From: a virus
Lineage: Duplodnaviria; Caudoviricetes
DNA length: 40,842 bases
Virus record (IMG/VR): IMGVR_UViG_3300022930_000013
Span: 1-40,842 of that record
Reading direction: 5' to 3' (one strand)
The notes below the pieces were generated by a model. That model was not told the origin of the DNA, ran no database searches, and saw nothing but the letters and a program-made list of their open reading frames with translations. Position 1 is the first letter of the stretch. Each line of letters begins with the position of its first letter. Both the position numbers and the translations under genes were made by a program. Of this stretch, positions 35,749 to 40,842 are shown in pieces.

Positions 35749-36297
35749 TTAGACATTTACTTTGAATTGTGTAAATTCATCATCATAAATATTCAATTCT
35801 TTATTTATTGTATTTCTTAGCTCTAAGCGTTCTTCTTTTGAATAACTAGCAAATGTAAGCTGAAGCCTTTTTATTATCCCTAAAGCCTTAAAATGATACT
35901 CCTTGTATTCGTTTTGCTTTATTTTTGGAAGCGGTTGTGATTTTAATGATTTTATAAATTCAAAATAATTATTTCCGTATTCAGCCTTTAAGGCATCTTT
36001 TAATTCTTCATCGTATATTAAGGCCATATTTGATTTTGCTCCCTGCCTATGGATATTATGCAGGTTAAATCTCATTTGCTCATTATTTTTTTTTGAATAA
36101 ATATGACCGCCTTGGATTAATCCTGTATCTGTTTTAGCTTCATGAAGTCCCTTTAATCCATAGTCTATAAGTTTGGCTATTTTTTGAACATCTTCTTGGA
36201 GAAACTTTTTATAATCAGTTATATTTTCACGCAATAATTTAGTTTCCTGCCTTGAACTTTTTTCTTTTGAAATCTTTACTTTCTCCATAGCTATCAT
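35749..36297 (-). CDS. NinG/Rap-like endonuclease (variant lacking cysteines)
   Basis: GGHIYS......MRFNLHNIHRQ...N matches the NinG core. Confidence 0.65.
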   Translation of the reverse strand: MIAMEKVKISKEKSSRQETKLLRENITDYKKFLQEDVQKIAKLIDYGLKGLHEAKTDTGLIQGGHIYSKKNNEQMRFNLHNIHRQGAKSNMALIYDEELKDALKAEYGNNYFEFIKSLKSQPLPKIKQNEYKEYHFKALGIIKRLQLTFASYSKEERLELRNTINKELNIYDDEFTQFKVNV

Positions 36298-36695
36298 AAT
36301 AATTCTGGGTTTTCATGAATGTTGCCTATTACTTCGCATCCTCTTTCAATGTAGTAAAATAAAGTATCAATAAAACCACCTCCTTTGTTAAATTTGCATC
36401 TATAAAATCCTTTATCAGGATTATATTCTACTAATTTATTTGGACCAGAACCATTGTGATATGTTAAAACATCCCCTTCATAAATTTCAACTCCATTTTT
36501 GTCTTTTAAGCCTGTGAATTGTTCAAAAACAACATTTTCACCATCATCACTATAATCATCTTCATTTTGATAAAAATCCATAACACCTCTTAAAACATAC
36601 GATTTGTCAATTTCAGAACTTGAAGATAAAAAACCTTTAGATTCATAACGACTAGTGTTATTATTCCAAACTCTAAATTTAATTTCTCTATTCAT
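36294..36695 (-). CDS. YopX-family protein
   Basis: REIKFRVW...QFTGLKDKNGVEIYEGD...VIGNIHENPELL. Confidence 0.9.
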   Translation of the reverse strand: MNREIKFRVWNNNTSRYESKGFLSSSSEIDKSYVLRGVMDFYQNEDDYSDDGENVVFEQFTGLKDKNGVEIYEGDVLTYHNGSGPNKLVEYNPDKGFYRCKFNKGGGFIDTLFYYIERGCEVIGNIHENPELL

Positions 36696-36727
36696 AATAA
36701 TATTTTTAAAAATTAGGGTTGCTTTTG

Positions 36728-36883
36728 TTATTTACTTTTTGCTTGTCTTATAAAATTAACGCTAGATATTGAAAGTGAATTTACTGATTTTAATTCACAT
36801 TTTTTGTTTATCATTTTCCTTGCGTATTCAGAAACGTAAATTTGCTCTTCTATAAATTCGATTAACCTGTCGTGTTTGTCCAT
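36728..36883 (-). CDS. Small hypothetical protein (51 aa)
   Basis: Read by hand: MDKHDRLIEFIEEQIY...QAKSK*. Confidence 0.5.
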   Translation of the reverse strand: MDKHDRLIEFIEEQIYVSEYARKMINKKCELKSVNSLSISSVNFIRQAKSK

Positions 36884-36894
36884 ATTTTAAAATA

Positions 36895-38697
36895 TTAAAA
36901 GGGTATTTGCTCTTCTTCGTTATATTGTTCCCCAAAAGCATCTGATGCAGTTAACTTAGGCAATTCTTTTTTTTCTTCAAGTTCTTTAAATTCTTCATCT
37001 AAAATACAGTAAGTTGGCGGCTGTGTTCCAAATTCATAATAACGTCCGCTTGGCAAATGATATTCAAATTCTTGCGAACCGCCTATTTCTCCTTGGAATT
37101 TCATTTTAGTTTTTAAGTTTTCAAAAACAGTCTTAGCTTCGCTTTCCTCATTCCCAAAATAACGATAAATACTAAATCCGTCGTGCGTTTGATTTCTAAA
37201 ATCAGAACTTCCTGAAACATCGTAAAGCGTTGGCGATGTATAAAAACCATCAGAACCTTTTTGCATTTTAGTAGGATGCGCAACTAAAAATATAATTACG
37301 TTGTTCATCTGTGCAAACATGGTAAGCTTTGTAAGGACTTCATTTATCTGGTCAAGCTTATTGCCTTTTCCATCAAAACCCAATTTATTAAAAGCATCGA
37401 TTACAAAAATATCAATTCCATAGCTGAACATCTGTTCCTTGAACTTTTCAAAAAGCCAATTCCAAGTTGGGAACTCTCCGTTTTCAGTTCCCGTAAGATA
37501 AATTTTTTCTTCTGCCCATTCTTTGTATCGTGAAATATCTTCTTTCGAAATTCTAGGGCAATCAGCATTATCATAAAAGAAATTTTTGCCAAAAACCTTT
37601 TCAATAAATGTCGTGTGATGCAATTCGAATGGATGGTGTTCGGGACTGAAAAAAGAAGCTTTCATTTTGTAGTCCCTTATCAAATTCAAAACATACCATT
37701 CCGTAAAATTTGATTTACCGTGCGAAGGAATTCCTGTTCCTGTAATCAAATGACCACGCATTACAGAAAAAACCTTTTTTAAATTTCCAAAACAATGATG
37801 CTTTGGATAAATAGTTTCCGGCATTCCGTTTTCATATAGGCTTAATATTCCATCGTAGCAGTCAGAAACTTTAAAAGTTCCGCTAACAGGATATTTTTGC
37901 GTTTTATAAGCAGTTTTATCCAGTATTCCACTTATCAAATCATCATTGGCATCTTTACCCTCAAATAAAATTCTTTCGCATCTGTAACGTCCTAAACGCT
38001 GCACAATCTTTTCAGCGACTTCATTTCCCTTTTCGTCGTTGTCGGTTGCTATAAAGAATTTTTTAATATCCTTTATGTATTTTTCAGAATTAACCCAATA
38101 ATTATCATTGTCGTTTGCGCCGTTTGGAACTGAAATAACGTTCTTGATTCCTATTTCATAAAATGCAAGCACATCAAACTCTCCCTCAACTATGAAACAT
38201 TCATCTTGTCCAATTACTGAATTTATATTATAAAAAATAGATTTTGCATTTTTGCTTTGGGTAAATGATTTTCCTTTTCCACGATATTTTTTATTTACAA
38301 CAGTATCGCCTTCAAAATAATTGAAAACCAAATTCTGTACTTCCTTGGATATTTTTGGCTGATAAAATGATTCTTGCGTAATCCCTAAATTTATTAATGT
38401 GCTTTGGCTTATTTTTCTATTTTCGCAAGCTTTTACAAATTCATCTGATATTTCTGTGTAGTTTTTCCAATTCTGAACAGGCAATGTATATTCTGTTTTT
38501 TCAATAGACTTTTCGATACTGTCTTTAAAAAATAATCCTTCGCAATGAAAACACTTTCCAACTCCTGAATTAAAATTAACGTAAAGAGGCCTATCTGTTT
38601 TATTTTTCCTTTCGTCCGTACAAATAGGACATTTTAATTTTGCTGTTCCTGAAACCTTATTCGTTTGAATTAAATTCCAATCGTGTATTTTCTTCAT
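36895..38697 (-). CDS. Primase-helicase (T7 gp4 / Twinkle-like)
   Basis: Zn ribbon CPIC..CFHC, TOPRIM VEGEFD / DND / KDAND, and SF4 helicase TGIPSHGKS / VIDAFN / LVAHP. Confidence 0.9.
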   Translation of the reverse strand: MKKIHDWNLIQTNKVSGTAKLKCPICTDERKNKTDRPLYVNFNSGVGKCFHCEGLFFKDSIEKSIEKTEYTLPVQNWKNYTEISDEFVKACENRKISQSTLINLGITQESFYQPKISKEVQNLVFNYFEGDTVVNKKYRGKGKSFTQSKNAKSIFYNINSVIGQDECFIVEGEFDVLAFYEIGIKNVISVPNGANDNDNYWVNSEKYIKDIKKFFIATDNDEKGNEVAEKIVQRLGRYRCERILFEGKDANDDLISGILDKTAYKTQKYPVSGTFKVSDCYDGILSLYENGMPETIYPKHHCFGNLKKVFSVMRGHLITGTGIPSHGKSNFTEWYVLNLIRDYKMKASFFSPEHHPFELHHTTFIEKVFGKNFFYDNADCPRISKEDISRYKEWAEEKIYLTGTENGEFPTWNWLFEKFKEQMFSYGIDIFVIDAFNKLGFDGKGNKLDQINEVLTKLTMFAQMNNVIIFLVAHPTKMQKGSDGFYTSPTLYDVSGSSDFRNQTHDGFSIYRYFGNEESEAKTVFENLKTKMKFQGEIGGSQEFEYHLPSGRYYEFGTQPPTYCILDEEFKELEEKKELPKLTASDAFGEQYNEEEQIPF

Positions 38698-39398
38698 TGG
38701 ATAATCTTATTTCTTGCAGGATGGGTATTTTTTGGAATAGGTTTTTCTTGCTTATTTAGCCAGTTTATAAAATGCGTGCAATAATCGGTTTTATTGTTTT
38801 TAAAATCAAACTGAACATTTAGCATTTCGTTGTAAGACTTAAGAAAATCCTTTACCATTTCAATAGTTAGTTTTTTACTTGACTGCATAGCCGTTCTTTC
38901 TAACCATTGTTCCGAAACTGAAAGTTCAAAATATATTAAATCATTTTTATTTGTTTTATTTTCTATTTCTATTTTAGTTTCTTTTTCTTTTATATTTACT
39001 TTCTTTTCTATTTGGTTCGATGTAGGCTTCTCTTTATTTTCATCAAGGCTTCCAATAGGCTTAAGTATAGGCTTCTTAGTAGGCTTACTTTTCTTACCTC
39101 CGTTACTGCCTCCACGTACTAAATTTAACCTACTTTCACAGCTTGGAATAAACAACAAATCGCCTTTAACTTCTGTCAATCCAAGTATAGATAATTTACC
39201 TAAAATAGATTTTAAATCATCTAAATTAACTGCAAACTTTCTGCTCCAAACTTCTAATTTTATTTCAGTTTTATTGTCATTAAGCATTGCTAAATCAATA
39301 AGTTCACGATATAAACCACGTTCGCTTAAATTTAATTCAAAAACACTTTCAGAATTACCCCAGTCTTTAGGATACCACGTATAGCCAAGTTTAGACAT
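38694..39398 (-). CDS. Putative replication initiator
   Basis: Likely start MSKLGY at 39398. WYPKDW.......L...ERGLYREL is YdaU/DUF1376-like, followed by RGG..GG, a Lys-rich linker and HFINWL. Lies upstream of the helicase. Confidence 0.7.
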   Translation of the reverse strand: MSKLGYTWYPKDWGNSESVFELNLSERGLYRELIDLAMLNDNKTEIKLEVWSRKFAVNLDDLKSILGKLSILGLTEVKGDLLFIPSCESRLNLVRGGSNGGKKSKPTKKPILKPIGSLDENKEKPTSNQIEKKVNIKEKETKIEIENKTNKNDLIYFELSVSEQWLERTAMQSSKKLTIEMVKDFLKSYNEMLNVQFDFKNNKTDYCTHFINWLNKQEKPIPKNTHPARNKIIQ

Positions 39399-39420
39399 AA
39401 TATTAAGTATAAAAACACAA

Positions 39421-39520
39421 AACCCACATTTTCCACTGCGTCTCACTTCAGTTTCAAATGCGGGTTGTATTACTCCTTTAAGTTGCTTATTTGTGAGACG
39501 GCAACTACACAACAAAAATA
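39421..39520 (-). promoter_or_regulatory. Promoter plus structured leader 3 (kissing-loop/attenuator-like)
   Basis: TATTTTTG at 39520-39513. Hairpin AGTTGC/GCAACT has CGTCTCAC (39500-39493) in its loop, complementary to GTGAGACG (39446-39439) in the loop of hairpin 39466-39421. Confidence 0.6.
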
Positions 39521-39555
39521 CGATAATATTTTAAATACACAATCAAATCATGTAA

Positions 39556-40053
39556 TTAATTTCCCTTTAGTTTATTAAATTCTTTCCAGTCTTTCATTTC
39601 CCATTTTTCAAAAGATTTATTCCAAAGATAGTGCTTACTATTTTTTTTAAGGATCGGAATTACTTCTTTAATGCTGATATTTAATTGGAAAGGTTTATTT
39701 ATTATTTTTTTAATTTTAGGTCTTTCTTTAATTATCTTGCAGAATTTATTATACATTTCAATATCTCTTTTTTCGTAAGCATCCATTAAATATATAAAAT
39801 TAACGTTGTTTTTTAATCTATTAAATATCTTGTGAAGATTTATAATGCTAGCGTGCACAACTCCGAACGCCTTGCCTACTGAAATATGATTTATATATTT
39901 AAACTCATTAGCTATAATAGCCTTTAAATAAACTATATTTATACTCCTGTCTGGGCGAGTTAGATTTACTTTAAAATGTGATTCTATTTCAATTATTCTT
40001 AGCTTAAGCTTTAAGTATTCTTTTTCAGAATGCTTGATATAACGCATAGCCAT
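39556..40053 (-). CDS. Protein with a DnaA domain IV-like HTH
   Basis: R....V..K.I.......HISVGKAFGVVHASIIN resembles the DnaA C-terminal HTH. Confidence 0.6.
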   Translation of the reverse strand: MAMRYIKHSEKEYLKLKLRIIEIESHFKVNLTRPDRSINIVYLKAIIANEFKYINHISVGKAFGVVHASIINLHKIFNRLKNNVNFIYLMDAYEKRDIEMYNKFCKIIKERPKIKKIINKPFQLNISIKEVIPILKKNSKHYLWNKSFEKWEMKDWKEFNKLKGN

Positions 40054-40313
40054 TACTCAATATGGTTAATTGCGTTCTGAACTTCTGACGAGCTTAAGTT
40101 TGCGTTTACAGCATCTTCTATAAGCTTATTTTTCTTCGATGTAAGCGATTCATTTAGAAACCTTCGAAGATTGTTTAGTACTTGTACTTTTTCGAGGTCA
40201 TTTAGCACATATTCTGTTTGAGAATTCAATACAGCGAATAGCTCTAAAGTTCTTCGGTTTACTTTCTGCTCCGATGTTGGTACAGGAAATAAATAGTTTA
40301 GTAGGTTTTTCAT
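40053..40313 (-). CDS. Hypothetical protein
   Basis: 86-aa ORF coupled at both ends. Confidence 0.7.
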   Translation of the reverse strand: MKNLLNYLFPVPTSEQKVNRRTLELFAVLNSQTEYVLNDLEKVQVLNNLRRFLNESLTSKKNKLIEDAVNANLSSSEVQNAINHIE

Positions 40314-40690
40314 AACAATTCTGGGTTTTCGTGAATATTGCCAATTATTGGGAATGAATATATTTTATTTTTATTTAATAACCGACCATTTGCCATAAAA
40401 GAACATTCTTCTATGCTCCATTTAACAACAAAATTCATAGGTCTATTTATATCATCCTGCTCATTTATATCTTCATAATACCCATAATTAATAATATCTC
40501 CTTCGTAAATATCATTTCCGTTCTCGTCTTTTATTCCAGTAAACTGCATTAATGTTTCGTTTATAAATCCTACATTATAAACAAAATGATGTATGCTTTT
40601 ACCTAATAATACCTCTTTATTTTCTTGGTCAAAATCATAGTACATTTGCTTTTTTTCCTTGTCGTATGATCTAAATTTTATTTCTCTCAT
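40310..40690 (-). CDS. YopX-family protein (second copy)
   Basis: MREIKFRSY...MQFTGIKDENGNDIYEGDI...IGNIHENPELL. Confidence 0.9.
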   Translation of the reverse strand: MREIKFRSYDKEKKQMYYDFDQENKEVLLGKSIHHFVYNVGFINETLMQFTGIKDENGNDIYEGDIINYGYYEDINEQDDINRPMNFVVKWSIEECSFMANGRLLNKNKIYSFPIIGNIHENPELL

Positions 40691-40842
40691 TGTTCAAATA
40701 AATTAAGTGATTGTTCTTGTTTTCTGTTTTGCTGCTGCTTAAGCTGATAATTTTTGCTCAACCAAATTGTTTGTGGCCGGCCGTGGCAAATTGGATTAGT
40801 ACTTTTTCGGAATCCGTTAGCGGTAATTAATCCTAATTTTTT
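40685..40842. repeat. 158-bp direct repeat, copy 2
   Basis: Matches 530-687 with one mismatch. Confidence 0.95.

Noticed and set aside
39044-39087. Short TAGGCTT repeats inside the initiator gene as replication-origin iterons
   Set aside because: The position is suggestive, but the repeats are only 7 bp and coincide with KP(T/I) codons, which is too weak to call without a test.
39399-39515. N-terminal extension of the initiator ORF (similarly 12849-12929, 16355-16480 and 29093-29116)
   Set aside because: These are longest-ORF artefacts overlapping a structured leader or a neighbouring gene. The downstream ATGs fit better.
36294-40690. Two YopX copies as a DGR template/variable pair or a recent duplication
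   Set aside because: Similarity is limited to family motifs, with no adenine-specific mismatch pattern and no reverse transcriptase.
1-40842. CRISPR array, retron, IS element or intron
   Set aside because: No spaced repeats, reverse transcriptase, transposase or interrupted core gene was seen by eye.

Overview
This window is a near-complete, circularly overlapping genome of a tailed dsDNA phage with a unit length of about 40,155 bp (530-687 repeats at 40685-40842). The host is most likely a Flavobacterium-like Bacteroidota, judged from the AT-rich sequence, TAnnTTTG promoters with a TTG 19 nt upstream, and Q-rule signal peptides. Nearly all genes lie on the minus strand. Modules: replication (initiator, primase-helicase), recombination (AAA_24/Sak4-like ATPase plus YqaJ-like exonuclease), C5 DNA methyltransferase, NinG-like, two YopX genes, XRE HTH, terminase, tail genes, tape measure, ClpP-like prohead protease, capsid, portal, fibre and lysis (M15A peptidase, holin-like and spanin-like genes). 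No integrase was seen. The main surprise is a circularly permuted (two-piece), apparently pseudoknot-free minimal tmRNA gene inside the lysis region, with its own promoter, terminator and an unusual tag, (A)DNNNVFSIAPLRATA. Other notable items are an 80-aa EF-Tu mimic keeping the P-loop and RGI(T/I)I motifs, three loop-pairing 5' leader RNAs sharing one architecture but different sequences, and a candidate anti-start-codon sRNA. All product calls come from motif recognition and gene context only; no searches were run.
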